From Ignavibacteriales bacterium (GTDB taxonomy: Bacteria > Bacteroidota > Ignavibacteria > UBA10030 > UBA8401): DNA of 64,000 nucleotides. Shown piece after piece: positions 28,739 to 38,764 of this stretch (its first letter is position 1; every line of letters starts with the position of its first letter). The notes below the pieces were generated by a model, which saw only the letters and a list, made by a program, of their open reading frames with translations, made no database searches and had not been told where the DNA came from. The stretch is taken from the NCBI GenBank assembly GCA_016182545.1, contig JACPGG010000032.1:8816-72815 (forward strand), in the 5' to 3' direction. The translations under genes were made by a program, and so were the position numbers.

Positions 28739-29845
28739 ATGCCTTCCCATCTCAACATTCACGACCTTCTCCATCTCGCGTCGATCCCGAAGATCGGTAA
28801 TAACCGCCTTCGTGCGCTTATCACTCACTTCAAAACTCCTTCAGCGGTTCTCTCCGCCTCTCCGAAAGAATTGGCACGCATCGAAGGGATCGACAAAACG
28901 ATCGCGTCGTCCATCGCTCATTCCATATTGAACGAAGAGTTCATCGAAGACCAACTCTCCCGCCTAAACAAGGTTGACGGAAGAATTATTACGCTGTGGG
29001 ATAGTGAATATCCTTCCCTGCTGAAAAAAATTTACGACCCACCTGTCTTTCTGTTCGTGCGCGGAAAATTCGTGAAGGAGGATCAATATTCGATCGCGAT
29101 CGTCGGCACACGCAGCCCCTCTCCGTACGGCAAATTGATGGCGGAGCGGTTCGCAAAAGAATTATCCGGACTCGGCATCACGATCGTCAGCGGACTTGCA
29201 CGGGGCATCGACACGATCGCGCATACTGCAACCGTGCACGCGCAAGGAAGAACAGTCGCAGTGATGGGAAGCGCGCTCGATCATATGTATCCTGCCGAGA
29301 ATAAAAAACTTGCCGATCAAATAGAAGAAAACGGCGTCGTTGTTTCGGAATTTTATATGGGAACAAAAACAGCCCCCGGAAACTTTCCCCGCCGCAACAG
29401 GATCATCAGCGGATTGTCACTCGGAACGATCATCATCGAATCAGACGAGGATGGCGGCGCAATGATCACAGCAACGACCGCACTCGACCAGAACCGCGAG
29501 CTCTTCTGCATTCCCGGACACATCACCGAAAAGAAAAGCATCGGTCCCAACAAACTGATCAAACTCGGTCAGGCAAAATTGATACAGTCAACTGAGGATG
29601 TCATTGAAGAATTAAGTGCAGCGTTGCGTCCGATCTTGAAAGTGCCGACACAGAAATCCGAGCCCCCTCAACTCAACGTGTTCGAACAAAAGATCTACGA
29701 TGTATTACCTTCCGAACCGTTGCATATCGATACGATCTCGGAATTATCCAATCTCTCTCCTTCCGACACATTGGTCAACCTGTTAAGTTTGGAATTTAAG
29801 GGCATTGTGAAGCAAATGGCGGGAAAAATGTTTGTGAGGATGTAA
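28739..29845 (+). CDS. dprA: DNA-processing protein DprA (Smf)
   Basis: SAM-like N-terminus plus a Rossmann DprA core (IAIVGTRSPSPYG…GLARGIDTIAH…AVMGSALD) and a C-terminal winged-helix domain. Confidence 0.85.
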   Translation: MPSHLNIHDLLHLASIPKIGNNRLRALITHFKTPSAVLSASPKELARIEGIDKTIASSIAHSILNEEFIEDQLSRLNKVDGRIITLWDSEYPSLLKKIYDPPVFLFVRGKFVKEDQYSIAIVGTRSPSPYGKLMAERFAKELSGLGITIVSGLARGIDTIAHTATVHAQGRTVAVMGSALDHMYPAENKKLADQIEENGVVVSEFYMGTKTAPGNFPRRNRIISGLSLGTIIIESDEDGGAMITATTALDQNRELFCIPGHITEKKSIGPNKLIKLGQAKLIQSTEDVIEELSAALRPILKVPTQKSEPPQLNVFEQKIYDVLPSEPLHIDTISELSNLSPSDTLVNLLSLEFKGIVKQMAGKMFVRM

Positions 29846-29944
29846 TTCCTCTTGACACTGTTCCCTTAGAAAACTTTAATTCCCTTCAAAACCTTTTCAC
29901 TTCCTTAAAATATTCGTATCTTTTTTCAGGCACGATGTTTGTAA

Positions 29945-30499
29945 ATGATCGTAATTGATGAAATATCGGTTGATGATTCCGTGATGGAAACCAGGTTTGC
30001 ATGCGACCTTCATGCATGCAAGGGTGCCTGCTGCACTTTTGCCGGCGGACGAGGGGCTCTGGTGCGCGACGATGAAGTTGCAGAGATCGAACGATCGTAT
30101 CCCGTTGTAAAATCCCTTTTGCCGCCGGAACATATCCGGGTGATCGAACAGTACGGACTGATCGACGGCGCGGCGGGAAATTACGCCACTCAATGCGTGG
30201 ACGGGAAGGCATGCGTCTTTGTCTATTACGACGACGGCATCGCCAAGTGTTCGTTCGAGCGTGCGTACTTCGAAAAGAAACTTTCTTGGCGGAAACCGAT
30301 CTCGTGCCATCTCTTCCCCATCCGCATCGGCAGGGACGGAAAAGAGATCCATTATGAATATTTCAAGGAGTGTGATCCGGCAATAAGTCGCGGCATACTC
30401 GAAAATATTCCCGTCGCGGCATTCGCATCCGACTCGCTCCGGCGCGCGTTCGGAGATAATTGGACGGACGATCTTTTGAAACAAACGGAACAACGGTAA
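29945..30499 (+). CDS. DUF3109 family protein (Cys-rich, Bacteroidota-typical)
   Basis: CDLHACKGACCT…KCSFERAYFEKK…KPISCHLFPIRIG matches the DUF3109 pattern. The opposing minus-strand ORF (29897..30502) has no recognisable features. Confidence 0.65.
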   Translation: MIVIDEISVDDSVMETRFACDLHACKGACCTFAGGRGALVRDDEVAEIERSYPVVKSLLPPEHIRVIEQYGLIDGAAGNYATQCVDGKACVFVYYDDGIAKCSFERAYFEKKLSWRKPISCHLFPIRIGRDGKEIHYEYFKECDPAISRGILENIPVAAFASDSLRRAFGDNWTDDLLKQTEQR

Positions 30500-30500
30500 C

Positions 30501-31940
30501 ATGCTTCACCTTTCCCAACAAATGCGGCTCCTCCAGAAACTGACGCCGCAGCAGATTCAGTACCTGAAACTGCTGCAGCTCCCCACCCTTGCGCTTGAAC
30601 AGAACATCAAGATGGAACTCGAGGCGAACCCGCTGCTGGAAGAAGGGGTAGAAGACGAGATCGAGGCGGAACAAAGCGATGACGACACGCCGGCATCGAC
30701 CGAAGAAGAAAAGGCGGCGGAAGAAAAGAAGGATGACGATTTCACATTTGAAGATTATCTCAACGATGAAGAGACGTACACACCGAAGCGGGAACAGCGC
30801 AATACCGATGATGAGGATAAAGATGATTACCCGATTGCTGCGCCGACCCCCCTCACCGAGAAATTATTGGACCAACTCCATCTTGCCGACGTTACCGATA
30901 TGGGAATGCTCGTCGCCGAGGAAATCATCGGCAATATCGACGAGGATGGATATTTGCACAGAGATCTCGCATCGATCGTCAGCGATATCAATCTGACCCA
31001 CAAACTGCACTTGACGATGGCGCAGGTGGAAGAGGTCCTGAAGATCATTCAGCGGCTCGACCCCCCCGGCATTGGCTCACGTTCTTTGCAGGAATGCCTC
31101 CTGATCCAGCTCGAATTTTCAAAGGCAGACCCGCATCTGGTCGAGCTCGCGCGCAAGCTGCTGACCGGTCACTTCGATGAATTCACGAAGAAACATTACG
31201 AACAGATATCGAAACTACTGCTGATCCCCCTTGACGAGGTCAAAAAAATCCTGGCGATGATCTCCCACCTCAACCCGAAGCCGGGCGAAGGGACGATCAC
31301 CGCCCAGGAAAATTATCTGATTCCCGATTTCATCGTCACCAAAGACGAAAATAATTTCGTCATTCAATTGAACGACAAGAACGTTCCCCCGCTCCGTATC
31401 AACCGCAATTACCGGGAATTGATGTCGAAACGGAATAAAGCGACCACCACCGAAACAAAACAGTTCCTCAAACAGAAATTCGATTCTGCAAAATGGTTCA
31501 TCGCCTCCATCTACCAGCGGCGCGAAACGATGCTGAAGGTGATGCACGCGATCGTCGACCGGCAGCGCGATTTTTTTGAAACGGGAGAAGGGTTGAAGCC
31601 GCTGATCTACAAGGATATCGCCGAGACGATCCGCATGGACATATCGACGATCAGCCGCGTTGTGAACGGCAAGTACGTGCAGACCGATTTCGGTGTGTTC
31701 GAACTCCGGCACTTCTTCAGCGAGGGGATCAGCACGCAGAGCGGCGAGGATGTTTCCAATAAGGAAGTGAAGGAGCGGATCAAAGAAATTCTTTTATCGG
31801 AAGACAAATCGAAGCCGCTGAGCGATGAAGAGATCGCTTCGATCCTGAAAGAAAAAGGATTCAACATCGCACGGCGCACCGTGGCAAAGTACCGCGAATC
31901 GATGATGATCCCCGTTGCACGGCTGCGGAGATCCATATAA
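30501..31940 (+). CDS. rpoN: RNA polymerase sigma-54 factor
   Basis: Region I (LQLPTLALEQNIKMELEANPLLEE), acidic region II, region III HTH and the RpoN box (ARRTVAKYR). Confidence 0.9.
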   Translation: MLHLSQQMRLLQKLTPQQIQYLKLLQLPTLALEQNIKMELEANPLLEEGVEDEIEAEQSDDDTPASTEEEKAAEEKKDDDFTFEDYLNDEETYTPKREQRNTDDEDKDDYPIAAPTPLTEKLLDQLHLADVTDMGMLVAEEIIGNIDEDGYLHRDLASIVSDINLTHKLHLTMAQVEEVLKIIQRLDPPGIGSRSLQECLLIQLEFSKADPHLVELARKLLTGHFDEFTKKHYEQISKLLLIPLDEVKKILAMISHLNPKPGEGTITAQENYLIPDFIVTKDENNFVIQLNDKNVPPLRINRNYRELMSKRNKATTTETKQFLKQKFDSAKWFIASIYQRRETMLKVMHAIVDRQRDFFETGEGLKPLIYKDIAETIRMDISTISRVVNGKYVQTDFGVFELRHFFSEGISTQSGEDVSNKEVKERIKEILLSEDKSKPLSDEEIASILKEKGFNIARRTVAKYRESMMIPVARLRRSI

Positions 31941-31971
31941 CATTGAGTTGTTGCCGAGCGTCAAAGAAATC

Positions 31972-32095
31972 GTCATGATGAGCAACGAACAAACATGAAG
32001 AAGTCATCCTGAGCAAATGACGACGTTTTTTGTCGGAATGCGTCGAAGGATGATGCTTTCATCAATTTGCGCCGCGTCGAAGCATGACTTCATCG
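31972..32095. repeat. Degenerate structured intergenic repeat (GTCATCCTGAGC…CGTCGAAGGATG…CGTCGAAGCATGAC)
   Basis: Shares gtcatcctgagc and cgtcgaagga motifs with the 5.5 kb and 28.3 kb copies. Located between rpoN and hslV. Confidence 0.45.
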
Positions 32096-32135
32096 AACAA
32101 AATTTTCTGCTGTTTGCACTAAACTGATCACAACC

Positions 32136-32675
32136 ATGAAAACACAACAATTCCACTCCACCACCATCATCGGCTTGAAACGGGACGGCGCATGCGCCAT
32201 GGGAAGCGACGGGCAGGTGACGCTCGGTTCCACCGTGATGAAACAGAATACCAAAAAAGTCCACATCCTGCACAACAACTCAGTTCTCGTCGGATTTGCC
32301 GGCGCATCTGCCGATGCATTTGCATTGATGGAACGGTTCGAAGAAAAACTGCAGATGTATCAGGGGAATGTGGAACGCTCCGCGCTCGCACTGGCAAAGG
32401 ACTGGCGCACCGACAAATACCTGCGGCGACTGGAGGCGATGATCGGCGTGCTGAGTAAAGAGAGCACATTTGTTATTTCCGGAACGGGCGACGTCGTTGT
32501 GCCTGATGACGGCATTATTGCGATCGGTTCCGGAGGGAGTTATGCCCTTGCTGCTGCGCGTATGTTGATAAAACACACCAAACTGCCGGCAAAAGAGATA
32601 GTCAATGAAAGTTTGAAGACTGCCGCCGATATTTGCATTTACACGAATGCTCACATCACGATACTGGAACTATAA
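32136..32675 (+). CDS. hslV: ATP-dependent protease subunit HslV
   Basis: N-terminal Thr catalytic motif after Met removal ([10 protein letters not shown]…GSDGQVTLG). Confidence 0.9.
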   Translation: MKTQQFHSTTIIGLKRDGACAMGSDGQVTLGSTVMKQNTKKVHILHNNSVLVGFAGASADAFALMERFEEKLQMYQGNVERSALALAKDWRTDKYLRRLEAMIGVLSKESTFVISGTGDVVVPDDGIIAIGSGGSYALAAARMLIKHTKLPAKEIVNESLKTAADICIYTNAHITILEL

Positions 32676-34075
32676 TGGCAAAATCACAAAAAAAAGAAAA
32701 AGTGAACGAGCAAAACACGCTGCATGAATTGACTCCGTCGCAGATCGTGAAAGAGCTGGATAAGTTCATCATCGGACAGAACGACGCGAAAAAATCGGTC
32801 GCAATCGCATTGCGCAATCGATGGCGGCGGTTGCAGGTCCCGGAGAATCTGCGTGAAGATATCATGCCGAACAACATCATATTGATCGGACCGACCGGTG
32901 TCGGAAAAACTGAGATCGCACGTCGCCTCGCAAAGCTTGCAAACGCACCGTTCATAAAAGTGGAAGCGTCAAAATTCACTGAGGTCGGCTACGTGGGACG
33001 GGATGTGGAATCGATGATCCGCGATTTGACCGAACTCGCCGTCGCAATGGTACGGTCGGAGAAAACCGCGGAAGTTGAACAAAAAGCACACAATCAGGCG
33101 ATCGAAAGAATACTTGATATCGTCATCCCCCCCGTTCGAAAAACAAAAGTGACTGAGGAATCAACCGGATCGGACGATGAATTGAACGAAAAGACCCGCG
33201 AACGGTTCAGGGAAAAGATCTCTGCGGGGGACCTGGATGAGCGCGTGATCGAGATCGAGATAACAACCGACAATCTTCCTGCCGTGCAGGTGATGGGACC
33301 GTTCAACTTTGAGGAGATGGGAGTGAACATCCAGGAGATGCTCGGCGGCATCCTTCCGAAGAAGCAAAAAAAGAGAAAAGTAACGATCGGCGATGCGAAA
33401 AAAATATTGACACAGGAAGAGGCGCAGAAATTGATCGATCAGGATGCTGTTGTGAAAAATGCGATCCGCCGCGTTGAAAATTCGGGCATCGTGTTCATCG
33501 ATGAAGTTGACAAGATCGCCGGCAGCCGTTCGGGACCCTCCGGCGGACCGGATGTTTCGCGTGAAGGAGTACAGCGGGACCTGCTGCCGATCGTCGAAGG
33601 GTCGACCGTCTCTACGAAATATGGTGCTGTCAAGACCGACCATGTATTGTTCATCGCGTCAGGGGCGTTTCATGTTGCCAAACCGTCCGATCTGATCCCG
33701 GAATTGCAGGGGCGCTTTCCGATCCGCGTTGAACTGAAAAGTTTGACCGAAGATGATTTTGTGAAGATATTAACGCTTCCGCAAAATGCTTTGTTGAAGC
33801 AGTACACCGAGTTGCTGAAAACCGACGGCGTTGAAATTTCATTTGCCGACGATGCCATCAAAGCGATCGCACGGATCGCATCGCAAGTGAATGACGAAGT
33901 GGAGAACATCGGCGCGAGACGGCTGCATACGATATTGACGACGCTCCTCGATGACATCCTGTACAATTCTCCCGATAATATCGAGAGCAAAAAAATATCC
34001 ATTACCCAGGTGATGGTGGAATCGAAACTCTCGACCATTGCAAAGAACAGAGATCTGAGCCGCTACATTCTTTAA
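32675..34075 (+). CDS. hslU: ATP-dependent protease ATPase subunit HslU
   Basis: Walker A ([15 protein letters not shown]), I-domain, sensor motifs. The start ATG overlaps the hslV stop (TAATG). Confidence 0.9.
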   Translation: MAKSQKKEKVNEQNTLHELTPSQIVKELDKFIIGQNDAKKSVAIALRNRWRRLQVPENLREDIMPNNIILIGPTGVGKTEIARRLAKLANAPFIKVEASKFTEVGYVGRDVESMIRDLTELAVAMVRSEKTAEVEQKAHNQAIERILDIVIPPVRKTKVTEESTGSDDELNEKTRERFREKISAGDLDERVIEIEITTDNLPAVQVMGPFNFEEMGVNIQEMLGGILPKKQKKRKVTIGDAKKILTQEEAQKLIDQDAVVKNAIRRVENSGIVFIDEVDKIAGSRSGPSGGPDVSREGVQRDLLPIVEGSTVSTKYGAVKTDHVLFIASGAFHVAKPSDLIPELQGRFPIRVELKSLTEDDFVKILTLPQNALLKQYTELLKTDGVEISFADDAIKAIARIASQVNDEVENIGARRLHTILTTLLDDILYNSPDNIESKKISITQVMVESKLSTIAKNRDLSRYIL

Positions 34076-34082
34076 AATCAAA

Positions 34083-34113
34083 AATCCCCGGAGCCTTTAA
34101 GACTTCGGGGATT
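34083..34113. terminator. Bidirectional terminator hairpin (AAATCCCCG…CGGGGATTT) between hslU and the convergent OMP gene
   Basis: 9-bp GC-rich stem with flanking A/T runs on both strands. Confidence 0.6.
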
Positions 34114-34138
34114 TATCTTTCCTTCAACGCCTAACTTT

Positions 34139-35566
34139 TCAGAATCTCAACCGCATACCCATTGTAAACGATCCGGTCCGGAATCCGTCAGGATTCGTCA
34201 AGATCGCGATACTCTGCGTAGCAAAATCCAGATCGAACGTATTTGCCAGATGGATCCCGAATCCTGCCGCCCATGAGAACCGGTCACGTCCGCCGAGCAA
34301 AATACCGGTGCGCAGCGGCAGCCAGCCGGCAAGCGGATCAAGTTCAGTGCCGATCGCAAACTGCGCAAGTTTAGTGTTACCTGCAACCTCGTTCAATCCA
34401 AGATGCATGTCCACAGCCACTGTCCAGCGGAACGGAATCACCTCGACCACTTCGTCGACACGCATTTCAGCGCCGAAGTGGAATGCTGTCGGGAGGTCGA
34501 ATTCAAATGCAGAGGTATCTTTTGTCGTTCCCTTGAATGCTTGCGATATTGTATCCTGACCTGCCTGTGTGGCTGCATTCTTCAGTGAAAAACTGGATGC
34601 CCCCACAATTGCTTTGGTATATTTATCCCATTTTATCGAACCGATGTCTGTAACACTGACGCCGACCCGTACTGCATCAAAAAGCAGCGCACTGGCACCG
34701 ATATCAAATCCCATCCCGCTGCCGACCGGCTGGTAGTCGGTACTGTCCACGGCAACATACTGGAGGAATTCAAAATCACCGCGGATATCTTCTGCGACAA
34801 AATCCTGATATTGGTTTCCGTACTTATCCTGGTACGTTTTTGTTTCTCCCACAATTTCGATTGATGCGTTATAATGGTCAGTAGCAATAAAAGCGAGCCC
34901 TTGCAGGTATTTGATGCCGATACCGACCGAAATTTCACTGACGTTGGGCAGGTCCATCGGAAGCATGTACCCGATCGACGTATTTACTTCGGCAACTGCC
35001 GATGCATTCAAGGCAGTACCATTAAATGAATATTTCTTTTCGACCTCGGTCCCCATCAGAGGAAATTTTAAATACCCTTCCGACAGGTCAAGATTGACAG
35101 CGGTTTGGATCGATGGAACAATTGCAAACCCAAAATTCCCGATTTGAACCGAGACACCGATCGGCGCAGTCTCAAATTTCATCTGAGTGCGGGCGATGCC
35201 TTCAGGGAACAAGCCGAGAATTTCATTTTTGTCAGCGTCATTCAACGGTTTACCGATTCTATTGTTCGGATCGTTGGGATCGGGAATTCCGGTAAAGTAG
35301 TCGTTATATATCTTGTAATTGAAGAGGTCGCTGCCGACCTGAAAACCTATCGGCACAAGATTGATCGTCACCGTAGCATCCCTGTCACTCAAAGCAAGAT
35401 TTGCAGGATTCGTTCCGACGGCATCTAATCCTCTCGACAAAGCGGTGAACGACCGCCCCATACCAACGAGGCGGGGAGAGAATTTATCCCCTCCCGCAAT
35501 CAGTGAAGTAGAGCAGATCACACTGAGGAGGATTGTGGCGACTGTACTTCTATAGAGATTTTTCAT
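34139..35566 (-). CDS. Outer-membrane beta-barrel, FadL/PorV-like family
   Basis: Signal peptide. GMGRSFTALSRGLDAVGTNPANLA resembles the FadL/PorV N-terminal motif, and the protein ends …MGMRLRF. It is related to the PorV-like gene at 53074..54120. Confidence 0.5.
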   Translation of the reverse strand: MKNLYRSTVATILLSVICSTSLIAGGDKFSPRLVGMGRSFTALSRGLDAVGTNPANLALSDRDATVTINLVPIGFQVGSDLFNYKIYNDYFTGIPDPNDPNNRIGKPLNDADKNEILGLFPEGIARTQMKFETAPIGVSVQIGNFGFAIVPSIQTAVNLDLSEGYLKFPLMGTEVEKKYSFNGTALNASAVAEVNTSIGYMLPMDLPNVSEISVGIGIKYLQGLAFIATDHYNASIEIVGETKTYQDKYGNQYQDFVAEDIRGDFEFLQYVAVDSTDYQPVGSGMGFDIGASALLFDAVRVGVSVTDIGSIKWDKYTKAIVGASSFSLKNAATQAGQDTISQAFKGTTKDTSAFEFDLPTAFHFGAEMRVDEVVEVIPFRWTVAVDMHLGLNEVAGNTKLAQFAIGTELDPLAGWLPLRTGILLGGRDRFSWAAGFGIHLANTFDLDFATQSIAILTNPDGFRTGSFTMGMRLRF

Positions 35567-35592
35567 AGCTCGTATCCTTTTTTCAGTGTGAA

Positions 35593-38184
35593 TTATTTTA
35601 GTCTGTCCAGATCGACATTGAATCGAATATTCGCGGATGATCGTAACACCAGGCTGTCTGTTCTATTGAACACGACGGGAACAGTGCCGTTATTTATCGT
35701 TGTGGCAAAATTCAAATCAATTGCCGTGAACGAAGCTTGATTCAGTTTTGCAGCTTCTTCGCCCGACAACGACATAAATGTAAACGAATTCTTGTTCGTA
35801 TGATCCACGCTTCCGTCCACAGAGAGAGTATCAAGAACCAATACCGGTGGGTCGGTCAAACTCGCTTTTGTCGAATCAGAAGGATCTGCTTTCAATAATT
35901 TTGTGCGTACCTCGATAGCCAATGGGAAAGTACTGGTAAGGTCGAAGAACACTCTCCCCTCCTCGATCAAATTGATCTGCGATGTGTCAGGAACATTCGC
36001 CGATATCGATACCGTATCTTTCAACACGGCATTCTGAATTCCGATTGCAATCGGAATAGCATAATCCATATTCACAAAGACGCTGTCTTCCTGAACAACA
36101 CGACCAATACCGGCAGTGGCAGTCGTCGTATCATTATATATATCCAACGGGCTCACCATCACAAACCCCCGAAGGTTGAATTTCGAAGGGAGTTCCTGGC
36201 TCGTCGCAAGAAAACTATTCATCAGCGAGTTGACCTGAGAACTGTCGATCGCGATCACAGACGGGTCACCCGGGTTGATGCGCCGCGTTATGTTGACCGG
36301 TGTCCCTTCGATGCCGTTCTTGTTCGCGGGGTAGATGTCAAGGTTCACGTCCGTCGGGAATAAACCTGTACTTAACACGTTCACGGCAAGGCTGATCGCA
36401 CTTCGGAAACCATCAAGGGAAAGATTGTTGCCAATATCACCGATCCCGGCGTCGAATGATTGCGTAATGTCGATCTTTCGTGGAGGGATCTTCCCCTGCA
36501 CCTCATCCAGCACGAACGATCCTGTCGGCTGCACGTCGGCAATGACATTGTCCGTCTTACTTACCAATGCATATTCCTGTGCATTTGCCTGCAACGTCTT
36601 TATTTCCAGCTTGAAATGAAGGAACCGCGTAACGACAGTATCGGAACCCTGGCGATCGCGGGATACAAACGTGACATCCTTCATTTGTATCAGTTCGTTT
36701 GTGGAATCTTTCCCATTGATCGTGAGGATGCCGGTGACGGGATTGGTCCCCTGCAGTCGGAATTCTTCGCCGTTGTTCTTGTTATCCCGTAGCTCTGAGA
36801 TGCTGAATTTGACGCTCAGCTTCACTGCATTGTTATTGACGATCCGTATCCGGACAGCGCCGCTGTCGAACCTCGCAAGTTTTACCTTGATCGAATCGTC
36901 GAGCTTCACCGATGAGTCCGGCACTTCCAGCACGTTGGTCGGATTAAAGTTCAGTGTGTTGACCAATGCCGATTGTAGTTTGCCGTTCGTAAGATTCACC
37001 GTCGCGGTGATGTTGTCGGTCCCGCTCACCGTCTTTCCGAAGTAATTACTGATGACGACAGTCCCTTTGAGTTTGAGGATCGCGTCCATTTGAACGTCGG
37101 TCAACGATGCAGTGCTGGAGGTTGCGGATGTATTTGGATTGATGCTGCCCGGGAAATTGAACGTCGCTACTGTTTGAGTCGTATCTTTCTTGTTGACCAA
37201 CTGAAGGGCGTTTCCGGCAAATGTTATTGTGAACGGAAAGTTATTCGTTATTGTCATCGACATCTGCCCTGTCTCAAATACTATATAGAGGAAGTTTGTC
37301 GAATCGCCGAAGATCTGATTGAGAGCGAAGGGCGGCGCCGGATCGGGCACCATTGATTGGATCTGGGTTGATGCGAACGACACTTGCGCCGCAAGTGTAT
37401 TGCTGCTCTGCAGCGTTTGGCCGGTAGCGCCCGATGTCGACATGGTCCCTTTCAACTTCTGGATGCCGTCCATTTTCACGCCGGCAAGCGGTACGGGAGC
37501 GGATGTTGCGGTGGAATTGGATGCAATTTGTCCGGTGAAATTGAATTGAGCCACTGTTTGCGATGTTTCGGCAGCAGTGTTGAAGTTCACCAACCAGAGC
37601 TGGTTTCCGGCAAACTGTATCGCAAAGGGAAAATTATTTGTGATCTGCAGGCTGATCGTACCATTGGCGAAGACGAGATATGTAAATTCCGTCGTGTCGC
37701 CGAAATCCTGATCGATCGGGATCGACGGGATATCGGCAGGCAGTGGAACTCCGGTCGGCATACCCAGCTGCGCCGGTGTCAGTGTTGCACTTTGCGGTGG
37801 AAAGCTTGGATTGAAATTTGCCGAGTTGATGCCAAGATCGCTCGACGTAAGATTGAATGAGGGCGGTACACCGATATCCACGGGGATAGCGCCGATCTGC
37901 TGGTCGATCGTGTTGCCGCGGGGCGAAGCCATTTTAAATACTTCCGGCGGCAGACCTTTCCTGTATCCCAGCCCTTCGGTGATCGGTCTGTAGAGAATTG
38001 TTGCCCCTGTCGTATCGAACTTTGAATCTTTCCTGATCACGTCGGCGAAATAAAATGTCTTGTCAACCAACGGTATCGTCAATTGCGTCTTCCACGAAGG
38101 CGCTTTCGGTTCCAGCGGCGACTTGACACAATTGAATGAAAAAGGAAGAAGCGCAAGGAGCATGAGAAATGATGTCATCCTCAT
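35593..38184 (-). CDS. Large lipoprotein with internal tandem ~100-aa repeats (uncharacterised; probable surface protein partnered with the downstream FadL/PorV-like barrel)
   Basis: Lipoprotein signal MRMTSFLMLLALLPFSFNC. Two near-identical repeat units (FGDTTEFTYLVFANGTISLQITNNFPFAIQFAGNQLWLVNF… and FGDSTNFLYIVFETGQMSMTITNNFPFTITFAGNALQLVNK…). Confidence 0.5.
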   Translation of the reverse strand: MRMTSFLMLLALLPFSFNCVKSPLEPKAPSWKTQLTIPLVDKTFYFADVIRKDSKFDTTGATILYRPITEGLGYRKGLPPEVFKMASPRGNTIDQQIGAIPVDIGVPPSFNLTSSDLGINSANFNPSFPPQSATLTPAQLGMPTGVPLPADIPSIPIDQDFGDTTEFTYLVFANGTISLQITNNFPFAIQFAGNQLWLVNFNTAAETSQTVAQFNFTGQIASNSTATSAPVPLAGVKMDGIQKLKGTMSTSGATGQTLQSSNTLAAQVSFASTQIQSMVPDPAPPFALNQIFGDSTNFLYIVFETGQMSMTITNNFPFTITFAGNALQLVNKKDTTQTVATFNFPGSINPNTSATSSTASLTDVQMDAILKLKGTVVISNYFGKTVSGTDNITATVNLTNGKLQSALVNTLNFNPTNVLEVPDSSVKLDDSIKVKLARFDSGAVRIRIVNNNAVKLSVKFSISELRDNKNNGEEFRLQGTNPVTGILTINGKDSTNELIQMKDVTFVSRDRQGSDTVVTRFLHFKLEIKTLQANAQEYALVSKTDNVIADVQPTGSFVLDEVQGKIPPRKIDITQSFDAGIGDIGNNLSLDGFRSAISLAVNVLSTGLFPTDVNLDIYPANKNGIEGTPVNITRRINPGDPSVIAIDSSQVNSLMNSFLATSQELPSKFNLRGFVMVSPLDIYNDTTTATAGIGRVVQEDSVFVNMDYAIPIAIGIQNAVLKDTVSISANVPDTSQINLIEEGRVFFDLTSTFPLAIEVRTKLLKADPSDSTKASLTDPPVLVLDTLSVDGSVDHTNKNSFTFMSLSGEEAAKLNQASFTAIDLNFATTINNGTVPVVFNRTDSLVLRSSANIRFNVDLDRLK

Positions 38185-38368
38185 GCCGACGCTTCGAAGG
38201 ATATGTTGCATAAAAAACCCCCAACTGAAGAATGGTATATGAATATAAATTCTATCAACGAAAGTACAATCGCATCGTACCAAACGCAATTGTACAGCGC
38301 ACTGTTAAAAAAATCTAATGGTGAGAAGTACGACAAAAAGGGGTGCAATGCGTTGCACCCCGTCACAC

Positions 38369-38701
38369 TTAATGGATCTTCTCTTCTTTGGTGGGTATTT
38401 GGAATCCGAATGACGGATTTGGCAGATCTTCCCCCAAAATTTTTATTTCCCCGAATTTCTCTTCGTACTTATGGATATTATCCTTCAACGCGTTCAGCAG
38501 CAGTTTCGTGTGCTGCGGCGTCATCACGATCCGTGCGTGCACTTTTGCTTTCGGCACACCCGGCAGTATGCGCGTAAAATCCACGACGAACTCTGCCGGC
38601 GAATGCGTGATGATCGCAAGATTGGAATAGATCCCCTCGGCTTCCTTCTCGTTCAATTCGATGTTGATCTGCTGCCCCTGTGGCGGTTGTTGGTTGCTCA
38701 T
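38369..38701 (-). CDS. DUF3467 family protein
   Basis: 110 aa; IYSNLAIITHSPAEFVVDFTRILPG pattern characteristic of DUF3467. Confidence 0.55.
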   Translation of the reverse strand: MSNQQPPQGQQINIELNEKEAEGIYSNLAIITHSPAEFVVDFTRILPGVPKAKVHARIVMTPQHTKLLLNALKDNIHKYEEKFGEIKILGEDLPNPSFGFQIPTKEEKIH

Positions 38702-38764
38702 GTCTTATCCCTGCAATAAAAAATGCCGCAAGCGGATGAATATCCGCTGCGGCATGTGTGCTGA

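Noticed and set aside
29897-30502. 201-aa minus-strand ORF opposite the DUF3109 gene
   Set aside because: The plus strand encodes the recognisable DUF3109 Cys pattern and is followed in-operon by rpoN. The minus ORF is an antisense shadow.
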